DNA from: Candidatus Hydrogenedentota bacterium
Lineage (GTDB): Bacteria > Hydrogenedentota > Hydrogenedentia > Hydrogenedentales > SLHB01
Direction: 5' to 3'
Assembly: GCA_029974275.1 (NCBI GenBank)
Contig: JARKSN010000084.1
Location: 1 to 64,000 of the forward strand
Length of the DNA: 64,000 nucleotides
Positions 40,446-52,415 of this stretch are shown here, in pieces. The notes under the pieces are model-generated. The model saw only the letters and a list, made by a program, of their open reading frames with translations. It was not told where the DNA came from and searched no databases. Numbering within the stretch: position 1 is the stretch's first letter; every line of letters begins with the position of its first letter. A program made the translations under genes and the position numbers.

Positions 40446-43400
40446 ACGCTTTCCGAGGGGACGTCGTGCGTTTCCCGCCGTTTGAGAAGTCGGATGCGGT
40501 TTCTCCCGGCGCGATCTCGCAGGTAGTTCACCTCGTCGAAACATTGCTGGATAATGTGAAGGCCGAATCCGTTGGACTGGGAGCCGTCGAAAGACGGTTC
40601 GTGTGCCAGGAGGTCGGAAAACGCCTTGCCCCAGTGGTCGATCAGAAACAAGATTTGGTCCGGAAACGCCTCGGCCCGGATATGAATCGGGCCGTGTTCC
40701 CGGTGGTGGTATCCGTGGCGAACCACGTTTGCGATCGCCTCATCGAGCCCGAGCTCAATCCGGCTGACGGCGTCGTTTTTTTCGGGGGACAGCCCCGCCC
40801 GGGCGCTGAAGTCTCGCACGAAACCCCGGACGGAGGATAATGCGTCCAGGCGCCCCGGCATGGTTATCTCGGCCACGGCATCGGCGGAAGGCGCAACGGC
40901 CGGTCCGATTTTGACCACCAGCGCCGTGAGATCGTCCGAAAAAATTTCGTTCTCGGAAAACGCCACCACGGCAGCCCATATGGCGTGGATGATTTCCTGG
41001 GAAGACAGCGCCCCGCTTCGTTGGACAAGATCCAGCAAAAGGTCCTCGCCGAGGAGTTCGCCGCGTTCGTTGGCTGCTTCCGTCAAGCCGTCGGAATAGA
41101 AGACAAAGACGTCGCCTTCTTCAAATGGCCTGCTGCATGCGGCATACACCTCGTTTTCGAGCACGCCCAACGGCACGTTGTTTCCGGCGAGACGCGTGCA
41201 TTCGCCTGTTGCGGCGTGGTAGTGGATGGTCTTCGTGTGCCCGCAGTCCACGTAGTCGATCTCGAGCGCATTCAGGCGGAAGCGGGCGTAGCACAAAGTC
41301 ACGAAACTATCGAGCGAGGAAAGCTGATCCGTCATGGATCGATGCACCGCGTTCACGATGTCCGCGGGCGCGGGAAGGCCGCCGTTCGACGCGGCCAGGG
41401 CCAGTTCACTCATCGCTTGATGAAACCGTCCTTTGGTTGCGGCTCCCACCAAGGCCGCAGGCACGCCCTTGCCCATCACATCGCCCACCACCAAATCGAG
41501 GCAATCGTCGCCATGCCGGAAAAAATCATAGAAATCGCCATCGATGCGCTGGGAGGGAGCGGTGAATACGTCGATCTGCAGGGTCGGCATTTCGTGAGGA
41601 GGGCGCCCCAACAAAAGGGTCTGTTGTATGCGGGCGCCAATTTCCGTTTCATGCTCCCGCGCGTCAAGCATCTCCTGCTCCATACGTTTCTGTTCGGAAA
41701 CGTCCCGGAATACGAGGACCGCGCCGTGCAGACGGCCATCTGGGCTTACGATAGGGGCGGCGCTGTCGTCGATGGGGATGATGGGGCCGTCGCGTCGCTT
41801 CAGCACGCAATTGCCGGAAAGTTCGACAACGCGTCGCTCGCGCAAAGCGCGGTCGGCTGGACTGGGGATCGGGTTGGAAGTGGCGGCGTCGTGCACGACA
41901 AAGATTTCGCGCATGGGACGCCCCAAGGCTTCGGACGCCGACCACCCGGTGAGTTGCTGGGCTACGGGATTGAGGAAGGTCACGTTGCCTTCCGTGTCAA
42001 TTGCCATCACGGCATCGCCGATGCTTGATAGCGTGATTTCCAGCCATTCGCGCTGACGCTGGACCGCCTCCTCCGCGCGGCGCCGCTCGGCGTCCATGCA
42101 GTGGGCTCCCATGATGCCGGCGCACGCCGTCAGCAACGGGCGAAGATACGAAACCAGCGCGCGGTCGTAGCCATCTTTGCGACCGCCCAGCGCTATCGCG
42201 CCGACAAGCTGCCGCCCTTGTCGCAAGGGAAGTCCCGCCATGGCGTATGCGCCGGAAGGCGCGGGACGGCCTGCTCCGCACGTCACGATTTCGCCCGATT
42301 CGACGACGCGCCGCAAGATGTCCTCGAGGATTCCGGGCGCCGGCGGCCAGGGATGGCGATTGACTTCGCACGCGGCCTCGACCGTTGCGGCGCCGTCTTG
42401 AGAATGGCCGACCCGCGCAATGCGCCCGCACGAGCTCTGCGTCAGACTCAGCACCGATTCGAGCAGGCGGACGAACAAATCGCGGCCTTCCGTTTCGGCG
42501 ATGAATTGGGCCTGAACATCATGTATCGCCTCCAGGAGAGCCTTGCTCTGGCGAACCGCCCTCTCGGCGCGGTTGCGGGTCACGGCGCCTCCAATGATCT
42601 CCGCGCACAGCGAAAGGCTGGCCACTTCCGCGTCCGACCATTCTCGTTCGCGGCGGCACTCATCGAATCCGATGATTCCCCAGAACAGTCCCCGAACGAA
42701 AATCGGCACGCCGAGAAAGGCGCGAATGCCGAGACGCTCCAATGCGCGGCGTTCTAGATAAGGAAGCGAGGCAACCGTTCCCTTGATGACCCGGCCATGC
42801 AATATTTCCCTGCGCCATCGGGGAAATATCCGAGCGAAGGGAATGGTTCGCACATCCGCGTCCGGAGGAATGGCAGGAGAATCGGACGACGCATGGCAAA
42901 ACCGCTGCGTCATCACGTCCTGGCCTGTCTCGGGAAGGGTGTGGCGCTCGAAAATGCGCACGCGGTCCACGTCCGCGGCGCGCGTGAGCGTCGCCAAACC
43001 TTGGGCCAGCGCCTCGGCGTAGTTTTCCGCCATTAATAGGCGATTCGCGACTTCCGCCACGCCCTGAAGCAGACGGGTTTGCTGCACCAATGCGCATTCG
43101 TTTCGCTTGCGCTCGGTAATGTCCCGCACGATGCCCGCAAACGCGCGGGTCGCGTTCAGATGAAACTCGCCTACCGAGAGCTCGATGGGAAAGCAAGAGC
43201 CGTCCTTGCGCAGCCCCGTCACTTCGCGCCCCTTCAAGAGCAGAAGAGAATGCGGGGCCTCTGCCAGCCGCCGCAATCGCTCGTCGTGCTTGGAACGGAA
43301 TGACTCGGGCATCAGAAGGCCGATGCTTTGTCCGAGGATCTCCTCCTCGGCGCACCCGAACATGCGTTGCGCCGCTGCGTTGAACGATTGCACCACGCCT

Positions 43401-44545
43401 TCCTCGTCGGTCACGATGATGCCGTCCACGGCGGTGTCGAGGATGGCGTTGGCGCGCGCTTCACTGTTTTGCAAGGCGCAAAAGATCTGTTTTGCCTCCG
43501 ATACATCCTCGAACGTTGCCGCGAAATAGCCGGGCTTGGGAATATAAACGCCGACGGAAAGCCACCGGCGAAGCGAGTCGGAATACAGTTCGAACGTATG
43601 GCCCTTCCCCGTCGCAAGCACCTGCGCATACGCAGTGATCCAATGTTTTTTTCCCTCTTCCCAGGCGGGGAACGTGGCGCTCGCTCGTTTTCCGATGGTG
43701 TCTTCCGCGCGCAAGCCCGTATGCCGCGCGTACGCCGCGTTGACGTCCACGAATTCGAAATCGACAGGCTGGCCCTTCTCGTCGTCAATCACCCTGCAAT
43801 AAACGAATGCGTCCAACATATTGTCGAAAAGCGTTCGATACAGTTTCTCCGATTCGGCGATTCGATCGAGGGATCGCTGGCGGTAGGCAAAGAAAACAAG
43901 AAGCGCGAGCCAAAACAACAACACGGAAAACGTGATGGCCAACGGGGCGATGCGCTCCATGGCAACGGCGCGGCCCCACGCTCGCGCATCCACGTCCATG
44001 CCCAACACTGCGATCGGTTGCCCGGAAGAGGGATCGACGATCGGCGCAAAAGCCGATACCCAGGTTCCCCAGGCGTCCGTGTACGGATGCACGACGAAAC
44101 CCTCTTGATCGGGCTCGGTAAAAAACGTGCGTAGATCAGGGGGAGAGTCGCGATACTCCGACCCTGGGGGAGAATAGTCTTTCGAATCCGGAGGTTCGGC
44201 ATCGGCCCAAAAAAGAATTTTCTCTTCCCGCACGCCGGTGAGATAGAGGAAGCGAACATCCCCGCGGTTTTCCCATCGCATGCGTTCGAGTTGCTGCTTC
44301 ACTTCCTGAAACGCCTGCGTGTGCGCATCGGCGGCCTGGCCCTGCAGCAAGGCGACGCGCTGGGGGGAAAAGGACGCCGCAGCGGTGCGCGCTCGCAACA
44401 ACAGCGAAGCGCTGAGTTGAGCGGTTTTGGCGCGGACAAAGACCTCCGTCCAAAACATCCCGCCCGCCAGCACCAGCGCGCACATCGCAGTGGACAGAAG
44501 ATAGATGCGGGTTCTTCCGTGTTTCGCACCCGAAAACTCGATCAT
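40442..44545 (-). CDS. Membrane multi-sensor PP2C phosphatase with C-terminal RsbW-type HATPase
   Basis: TM, extracellular Cache-like domain, TM, PAS, PAS, GAF, GAF-like, PAS, SpoIIE (GDFYD, GDVMGKG, YSDG, DDLT), HATPase (EAIANVVRHG, DHWG, GFGL). Start approximate. Confidence 0.85.
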   Translation of the reverse strand: MIEFSGAKHGRTRIYLLSTAMCALVLAGGMFWTEVFVRAKTAQLSASLLLRARTAAASFSPQRVALLQGQAADAHTQAFQEVKQQLERMRWENRGDVRFLYLTGVREEKILFWADAEPPDSKDYSPPGSEYRDSPPDLRTFFTEPDQEGFVVHPYTDAWGTWVSAFAPIVDPSSGQPIAVLGMDVDARAWGRAVAMERIAPLAITFSVLLFWLALLVFFAYRQRSLDRIAESEKLYRTLFDNMLDAFVYCRVIDDEKGQPVDFEFVDVNAAYARHTGLRAEDTIGKRASATFPAWEEGKKHWITAYAQVLATGKGHTFELYSDSLRRWLSVGVYIPKPGYFAATFEDVSEAKQIFCALQNSEARANAILDTAVDGIIVTDEEGVVQSFNAAAQRMFGCAEEEILGQSIGLLMPESFRSKHDERLRRLAEAPHSLLLLKGREVTGLRKDGSCFPIELSVGEFHLNATRAFAGIVRDITERKRNECALVQQTRLLQGVAEVANRLLMAENYAEALAQGLATLTRAADVDRVRIFERHTLPETGQDVMTQRFCHASSDSPAIPPDADVRTIPFARIFPRWRREILHGRVIKGTVASLPYLERRALERLGIRAFLGVPIFVRGLFWGIIGFDECRREREWSDAEVASLSLCAEIIGGAVTRNRAERAVRQSKALLEAIHDVQAQFIAETEGRDLFVRLLESVLSLTQSSCGRIARVGHSQDGAATVEAACEVNRHPWPPAPGILEDILRRVVESGEIVTCGAGRPAPSGAYAMAGLPLRQGRQLVGAIALGGRKDGYDRALVSYLRPLLTACAGIMGAHCMDAERRRAEEAVQRQREWLEITLSSIGDAVMAIDTEGNVTFLNPVAQQLTGWSASEALGRPMREIFVVHDAATSNPIPSPADRALRERRVVELSGNCVLKRRDGPIIPIDDSAAPIVSPDGRLHGAVLVFRDVSEQKRMEQEMLDAREHETEIGARIQQTLLLGRPPHEMPTLQIDVFTAPSQRIDGDFYDFFRHGDDCLDLVVGDVMGKGVPAALVGAATKGRFHQAMSELALAASNGGLPAPADIVNAVHRSMTDQLSSLDSFVTLCYARFRLNALEIDYVDCGHTKTIHYHAATGECTRLAGNNVPLGVLENEVYAACSRPFEEGDVFVFYSDGLTEAANERGELLGEDLLLDLVQRSGALSSQEIIHAIWAAVVAFSENEIFSDDLTALVVKIGPAVAPSADAVAEITMPGRLDALSSVRGFVRDFSARAGLSPEKNDAVSRIELGLDEAIANVVRHGYHHREHGPIHIRAEAFPDQILFLIDHWGKAFSDLLAHEPSFDGSQSNGFGLHIIQQCFDEVNYLRDRAGRNRIRLLKRRETHDVPSESV

Positions 44546-44671
44546 CGTGCGCCTCGTATCCCTGCGGGGCATCCAACCCGCCTGTCCTCTACAATACACG
44601 ATTGCGCCGTGCCAATACAGAAAAGCGACCAAAAGCGGAAAGCCTTGGGAATAATCGACGCATGGAACGGG

Positions 44672-44700
44672 TTGACGTGTCGAAGAAAGCGCGGTATAGT
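44672..44700 (+). promoter_or_regulatory. Sigma-70 promoter of sucCD
   Basis: TTGACG-17 bp-TATAGT. Confidence 0.7.
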
Positions 44701-44774
44701 GCTGTGACAAAGCGCGGCGCTTGGTCTCCATGAAGCGCTGCGTCGCGACAGCCGAGAAGAACAAGGGGCGCGGC

Positions 44775-45917
44775 ATGAAAATCCACGAGTTTCAGGCAAG
44801 GGACCTTTTCCGTGAATACGGGATTCCCGTGCCGCCTCATGCGGTGGCGCACGCGCCGGCAGAGGCGGTTCGCGCTGCGGAAACTTTTGGATATCCCGTG
44901 GCGCTCAAAGCGCAGGTGCATTCCGGCGGACGCGGCAAGGCCGGCGGCGTCGCGATCGTTCGGAACGCCGAACAGATGGAGACTGAGGCCGCACGCATTT
45001 TCGGCCTTGTCATCAACGGATTTCCGGTTCGAACTTTGATCGTCACGCCCGCATCGAGCATTGCCCAGGAAGCGTATCTCAGCGTTCTCGTCGACCGGAG
45101 CGCGCGCAAGGCGGTTTTCATCGGCTGTAACGAAGGCGGCGTCGAGATCGAAGTCACCGCAAAGCAAACGCCCGAAAAGATTGCGCGTCTGGAAATCCCT
45201 GTCCGCCGTCTTGCAGCCTTGACGCCGGAGGATTGCCTTTCGTTTGCCTCCTGCCTTTTTGCCGATCCTGCGCACGCGGCACAGGCTGCTGCCATCGTCG
45301 CGAAAATGGGCTCGCTTTTTGTCGAGAAGGATTGTTCTCTGGTCGAGATCAATCCGCTCATTGCAGATGCCGACGGCAGGGTTGTGGCGCTTGACGCCAA
45401 GGTCGCGTTCGATGACAACGCATTGTTCCGGCATCCCGAGTCGCTTTCCCTGCGGGACATGGAATCGGAGGACGGTGACGAACTGGAGGCCAAGGGGGAA
45501 GGTCTGAGTTTTATCCGCTTGACGGGTTCAATCGCATGCATGGTGAATGGCGCAGGTCTCGCCATGGCGACGATGGACACCATCAAGCACGTGGGCGGAG
45601 ATCCGGCCAATTTCCTTGACGTGGGCGGCAGTTCGAACCCCCATAAAGTGGTGGCTGCATTTCGCATGATCCTCCGCGATCCCAACGTCAAGGTCATTCT
45701 CATCAACATCTTCGGCGGCATCACCCGTTGCGACGACATCGCGCGCGGCATTCTTTCCTCGCTGGAAAATTTCCCGGCGTCCGTGCCGATCGTGATTCGT
45801 CTGGTCGGCACGAACCAGGAGGAAGGGCGCAGACTTCTCGAGGGGACTCGACTCTCTTTCGCAAAAACGCTCGAGGAAGGCGCGACACTCGCGACAAAGC
45901 TGGGAGGCGCGGCATGA
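44775..45917 (+). CDS. sucC: Succinyl-CoA ligase beta subunit
   Basis: [55 protein letters not shown]. Confidence 0.97.
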   Translation: MKIHEFQARDLFREYGIPVPPHAVAHAPAEAVRAAETFGYPVALKAQVHSGGRGKAGGVAIVRNAEQMETEAARIFGLVINGFPVRTLIVTPASSIAQEAYLSVLVDRSARKAVFIGCNEGGVEIEVTAKQTPEKIARLEIPVRRLAALTPEDCLSFASCLFADPAHAAQAAAIVAKMGSLFVEKDCSLVEINPLIADADGRVVALDAKVAFDDNALFRHPESLSLRDMESEDGDELEAKGEGLSFIRLTGSIACMVNGAGLAMATMDTIKHVGGDPANFLDVGGSSNPHKVVAAFRMILRDPNVKVILINIFGGITRCDDIARGILSSLENFPASVPIVIRLVGTNQEEGRRLLEGTRLSFAKTLEEGATLATKLGGAA

Positions 45918-46795
45918 GCATATTGATCGACGCCAACGCCAGGGTTCTTGTGCAAGGCATCACCGGACGCGACGGTTCTTTCCACACGCAGCAGATGATC
46001 GACTACGGCACGCGGATCGTCGGCGGCGTGACGCCGGGCAAGGGCGGCCAGACCGTGTGTGGCGCGCCCGTTTTTAATACGATGCGCGAGGCCGTCGTGG
46101 CGACCGGCGCCGATGTCAGCGTCATGTACGTGCCGGCGCCGTTCGCGAAGAATGCGATGCTCGACGCCGCGCCATCCGGCATCCGGCTGCTTGTCGCAAT
46201 CACCGAGGGTATCCCCACGCTCGACGCGCTCGACGCCTACGAGGAACTTGTCACGCACGGCGTGCGGCTTCTCGGACCGAACTGCCCCGGCCTTATCACG
46301 CCTGGCGCGTGCAAGGTCGGAATCATGCCCGGTTTTATTCATGCCCCGGGGCGAGTTGGCGTCATCAGCCGCAGCGGCACGTTGACCTATGAGATCGTGA
46401 AGGAACTCACCGACGCGGGCTACGGGCAATCGACCTGCATCGGGATTGGCGGCGATCCGATCATCGGCAGTTCGTTCCTCGACCTTCTGCCGTTGTTTCA
46501 GGCCGATCCCGACACCGACGCCGTCGTCATGGTGGGCGAGATCGGCGGCAACGACGAGGTCGTCGCCGCGGCATATGTCCAGGCCCACATGACCAAACCC
46601 GTGGTGGGGTTCATGGCGGGCCTCACCGCGCCGCCAGGCCGACGCATGGGGCATGCAGGGGCCATCGTCGGCGGCGAAGACGACACTGCCGCCGCCAAAA
46701 CAGCGCGGCTTGAGGCGGCGGGCATCCCCGTGGCAAAGCTCATCAGCGACGTCGTTCGTCTCCTCCGCGCCAGAGGGGTTGAACCATCCCGGTGA
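45914..46795 (+). CDS. sucD: Succinyl-CoA ligase alpha subunit
   Basis: [34 protein letters not shown] (phospho-His). ATGA overlap with sucC. Confidence 0.97.
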   Translation: MSILIDANARVLVQGITGRDGSFHTQQMIDYGTRIVGGVTPGKGGQTVCGAPVFNTMREAVVATGADVSVMYVPAPFAKNAMLDAAPSGIRLLVAITEGIPTLDALDAYEELVTHGVRLLGPNCPGLITPGACKVGIMPGFIHAPGRVGVISRSGTLTYEIVKELTDAGYGQSTCIGIGGDPIIGSSFLDLLPLFQADPDTDAVVMVGEIGGNDEVVAAAYVQAHMTKPVVGFMAGLTAPPGRRMGHAGAIVGGEDDTAAAKTARLEAAGIPVAKLISDVVRLLRARGVEPSR

Positions 46796-46901
46796 CCCTG
46801 CTCCATTGTGTATACTCTCCCCGTGCACGATGGGACGTCCGTCTCGCACCGCATCTCGCACGACGTTATTGCATATAGTGCGACCAACAGGAGGTGTTCA
46901 A

Positions 46902-48161
46902 ATGACGGCAAAACGCCGGACGCTTTATACATTGATCGCTTTGATTTCCGTGTTTGCGGTCGTGCGGATCATCGACGAATTCAAAGGGGCGATTATCGCG
47001 TCCGTTCAGGTTCGCGCGACGCAAAGCGTCGCGTCGGCATCGCCCGATCAGATCGCTTTGTCCTGGAGCGACGATCCGCAGACGACGCAGACCGTTCAAT
47101 GGCGAACGGCGCCGTCGGTATTGGATGGTTGGGTTCAGGTTCGCGCGACGCTCCCCGGCGATGCCTCCGTCACCGAGGTGGAAGCGGAACGTTCCGTGAT
47201 GAGGGACCGGCTTCTGCGAAATGATCCGGTGAATCACCGGTACACGGCCGTCTTGCGCGGGTTGACTCCGGGGACTTCCTACCAGTACCGCGTGGGAAGT
47301 AAACAGCGAGACCTATGGAGTTCCTGGAACGAATTTGCGACGGGCCCCGAATCCGCCGAAGATTTTTCGTTCCTTTTTTTGGGAGACCCGCAGGTCGACA
47401 TGAAAAACTGGGGCGCGTTGCTTCGTTCGGCTCACGAGCGGCGTCCCCAGGCGGCGTTCTATCTTCTTGCAGGCGACATCGTTGACAATGGAACGTTCCG
47501 GAATCTTTGGGACGAGTATTTTCAGGCGTCACAGGGCGTCTTCGATCGCCGCCCCGCAATGGCGGCGCTGGGAAACCATGACTACAGTTCGCGATGGGAC
47601 CCCAGCATGTTCCTCCACTTCTTTCCTGCGCCCCACAACGGCCCCAAGGCCCTGCCGGAGGGACATGCCTATAGCTTCACCTACGGCAACGCGTTGTTTG
47701 TCGTGCTGGATTCCAACCAAGAGGTGCGCGACCAAACGCCATGGCTCGAACAGCAACTGGCCCAAACAAAGGCCACCTGGAAGTTTGCCCTGTTCCACCA
47801 CCCTGTCTATTCGTCGAAAGACAACCGCGACAACGAGGATGTGCGCGACCGTTGGAGACCGATTTTCGACCAATACCATCTCGACATGGCCCTGCAGGGA
47901 CACGATCACGCTTATCTACGCACCTATCCCATGCGCAACGATAAACGCGCAACGGCGGACGAAGGCGGCGTTTACTATGTCGTGGCCGTATCCGGAACCA
48001 AATTTTACAAGCAAGAACCTCACGATTATGCCGAGATCGGTTTTGAAAACACTCCGACGTATCAAGTGATCGACATCGCCACAAACCCGAATCGCCTTAC
48101 CTATCGCGCATACGATGCCCAAGGGAACGTCAAGGACGAAGTGATACTCGTCAAACCCTGA
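46902..48161 (+). CDS. Purple acid phosphatase-like metallophosphoesterase with N-terminal FN3-like domain
   Basis: N-terminal hydrophobic segment; GDPQ, GDIVD, GNHD, HHP, GHDH. SD AGGAGG. Confidence 0.85.
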   Translation: MTAKRRTLYTLIALISVFAVVRIIDEFKGAIIASVQVRATQSVASASPDQIALSWSDDPQTTQTVQWRTAPSVLDGWVQVRATLPGDASVTEVEAERSVMRDRLLRNDPVNHRYTAVLRGLTPGTSYQYRVGSKQRDLWSSWNEFATGPESAEDFSFLFLGDPQVDMKNWGALLRSAHERRPQAAFYLLAGDIVDNGTFRNLWDEYFQASQGVFDRRPAMAALGNHDYSSRWDPSMFLHFFPAPHNGPKALPEGHAYSFTYGNALFVVLDSNQEVRDQTPWLEQQLAQTKATWKFALFHHPVYSSKDNRDNEDVRDRWRPIFDQYHLDMALQGHDHAYLRTYPMRNDKRATADEGGVYYVVAVSGTKFYKQEPHDYAEIGFENTPTYQVIDIATNPNRLTYRAYDAQGNVKDEVILVKP

Positions 48162-48364
48162 GTATCGGCCAGCTATTTCCTAGCGTCCTACCCCATTCGC
48201 TCTTGTACAACGTCATGCGGGGTTTGTGCGGGTCACGGCAATGGACTCCAAAAACAGACTGAATTTGTATGCAAAGAGTGAGTCGGCGCGTTGCTGCTCA
48301 CGCGAGAAAAGCGGGATGACGGATCCGGTTTCTAGAGGATGATCCCGCCTGGGCGCGCATCCCA

Positions 48365-49258
48365 TCAGGTAAGGGGCGCAGTGTATCGAACAATGCCGCC
48401 GCCGGCGCGCCTAAAGACGGAAATGGTCGAAACTCCGTTGTCGAGCAGATAGAGACGCGCCGATTCCAAGCCTGCGCCCACATCGTGCACGGCATGGCTG
48501 TCGTCGCCAAAACAAAGTCCTATGCCCATCGCGTGGGCTTCGCGAATAATCCACGGCTGCGGATATGGCGATCCAAGCCCCTTGCGATAGCCTGCGGTAT
48601 TAATATCCAAGATAGCGTCATGACGCCGGATGGATTCGAGCGCTGCTCCGACAGCCTCCCGGATGGCCGGACTGTCCAACACTGCGCCTGCTGGAGCGTT
48701 TTTTCGGATGAGGTCCAGGTGTCCCACCACCTGAGGCTGCAGCGCGTCCACCATCTCGGCGACGACGCGGTAATAGCGCGTTGCAAGCGCCTCGAACGAA
48801 CCAAAATGTACGACAGCGCGCTCAAAACCCTCCATCCTGCCGTCGATGTGAAAATCGTCCACATAATGGATAGACCCCACCATGTAGTCGAAGGGATACC
48901 GGGTCCGATAGTCGCGCATGATGTCAAGATACCTCGCCGCCGGCGCAGATTCCGTCTCGAAACCGCGCAAGATCGTGATGCGATTTTCGAAACGATCGGC
49001 GATGGCATGCACATCAACGGCGTATCGTTCGAAATTCGCCGCGATGCGCGCAACGTCCCAACCCAGCGCAATTTCTTCGGGGTACAAAAAACGTGCATCG
49101 AGTCGCGGGGCGTGTTCGGTGACGCCAAACGTGTGGTAGCCGGCAGCAATAGCGGCTTCGATCATTTCCTCCAATGTGCTGGAGGCGTGATCGCAGTAGG
49201 CGTTGCTGTGTCCGCCATGCAGCGATACGCGCCATGGGTCCTTGGAGGAGGAAATCAT
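48365..49258 (-). CDS. hisK: PHP-family histidinol-phosphatase (HisJ/HisK type)
   Basis: HGGHS..CDHA, TEHAP, GFE, GSIH, GHLDLIRK, INTAG, PYP, GDDSH. Confidence 0.8.
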   Translation of the reverse strand: MISSSKDPWRVSLHGGHSNAYCDHASSTLEEMIEAAIAAGYHTFGVTEHAPRLDARFLYPEEIALGWDVARIAANFERYAVDVHAIADRFENRITILRGFETESAPAARYLDIMRDYRTRYPFDYMVGSIHYVDDFHIDGRMEGFERAVVHFGSFEALATRYYRVVAEMVDALQPQVVGHLDLIRKNAPAGAVLDSPAIREAVGAALESIRRHDAILDINTAGYRKGLGSPYPQPWIIREAHAMGIGLCFGDDSHAVHDVGAGLESARLYLLDNGVSTISVFRRAGGGIVRYTAPLT

Positions 49259-49365
49259 GTGCGATCCTGGCAAGATTCACCTCGAAAACACAAACGAGAC
49301 CCACAGAAGAGGCATGCGTCCTGCCTCGTGAGGCATTGTGTCCCTGCGTTTGCTTTGTTGCACGA

Positions 49366-51414
<2,049 letters not shown>

Positions 51415-51464
51415 TCAACCGCGCGTTCGGCCCGAGGCGCTTCCTCCTGCATCTAGCGGTCGCA

Positions 51465-51514
51465 TCCTAACACAATCCTAACAGTTTGCTTTTTCGAGAA
51501 TTGGGGAGTACAGT
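51465..51514 (+). promoter_or_regulatory. Pho-box-like tandem repeat plus sigma-70 promoter upstream of the mgtC-family gene
   Basis: TCCTAAC-ACAA-TCCTAAC (51465-51482), then TTGCTT-17 bp-TACAGT (51486-51514). Confidence 0.6.
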
Positions 51515-51623
51515 CTTCGCCTATCCGCCGATAACGGCCAAAGGAAGCATTGACGGCGCCCTCCGGAACGAAGACTTCGGCGGCGTCCCGTCGCCAACGC
51601 GAGAGGTCAACAGGCCCGTGCAA

Positions 51624-52310
51624 ATGGAATGGATGCCTTTTCTGCAGGAAGCGACGTTAAAGTTCCTGACAGCGTTGATATTGTCCGGGCTCGTGGGTTT
51701 GGAACGCGAGCACAAGGGACGATCGGCGGGGCTGCGCACACATGTGCTGGTCTGTCTTGGCGCCACGCTTACGATGATCGTGGGGGAAGTGTTGGCGGCC
51801 CAGCACGCTCGTTCCGGTTCGCCGGTGTGGCTTGATGCGGGCCGTATCGCGGCGGGCATCATCACCGGCATAGGATTTCTCGGGGCAGGCACAATCATGA
51901 CGGTGGGCGGCACGCGCCGGGGGCTGACGACCGCCGCAACGATCTGGTTTGTGGCTGCCCTGGGCATCGCAATCGGAGTTTCGCAATACGCGATTGCCGC
52001 CGTAGCCACTCTGTTTGCACTAATCGTCATCATGCTGTTCAAATGGCTGGAGAATCTGCTGCCCACATCGGGCTACTGCGTTCTTTCGATGGTGGTGCCC
52101 AAAACGGTGACCAACACCGACCAGGTGGAGGAAGTCATCCGCAAGCAGGGATTTATCGTCATGTCGGTCCGGATGAAGATGCTGGGCGAACAGGACACGG
52201 TCGAGATGACCTTCGAGATCAGCGCAGGCGCAGGGAAGCGCATGACGCAAATGATGCAGGCGCTCCACGAACGATTCCGCGAGGCCGAGCGTATTGTCAT
52301 TGAACGGTAG
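51624..52310 (+). CDS. mgtC: MgtC/SapB family membrane protein
   Basis: VGLERE, AGLRTH, RIAAGIITGIGFLGAG, GLTTAATIW; ACT-like C-terminus. Start 51618-51633. Confidence 0.88.
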   Translation: MEWMPFLQEATLKFLTALILSGLVGLEREHKGRSAGLRTHVLVCLGATLTMIVGEVLAAQHARSGSPVWLDAGRIAAGIITGIGFLGAGTIMTVGGTRRGLTTAATIWFVAALGIAIGVSQYAIAAVATLFALIVIMLFKWLENLLPTSGYCVLSMVVPKTVTNTDQVEEVIRKQGFIVMSVRMKMLGEQDTVEMTFEISAGAGKRMTQMMQALHERFREAERIVIER

Positions 52311-52415
52311 ACCGCAGCGGGAGATTTTTCCACAGACAAGCGTTTGAGATGGGACCGATTTCCCGCCATCTCGCTTCCGGGAATCGCTCTGCGCCCAGAC
52401 GCAAAAAAAACAGGG

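Noticed and set aside
44595..44616. TGGCAC on the minus strand upstream of the large PP2C as a sigma-54 site
   Set aside because: No TTGC -12 element at the required spacing.
44837..46861. 674-aa antisense ORF opposite sucCD, and similar long ORFs opposite thiC (49657-51390) and glgX (57305-58990)
   Set aside because: Antisense shadows of well-supported genes with no protein-family features.
51550..51660. Possible TTG-initiated leader peptide overlapping the mgtC start
   Set aside because: SD spacing too short, weak start codon and no informative codon runs.
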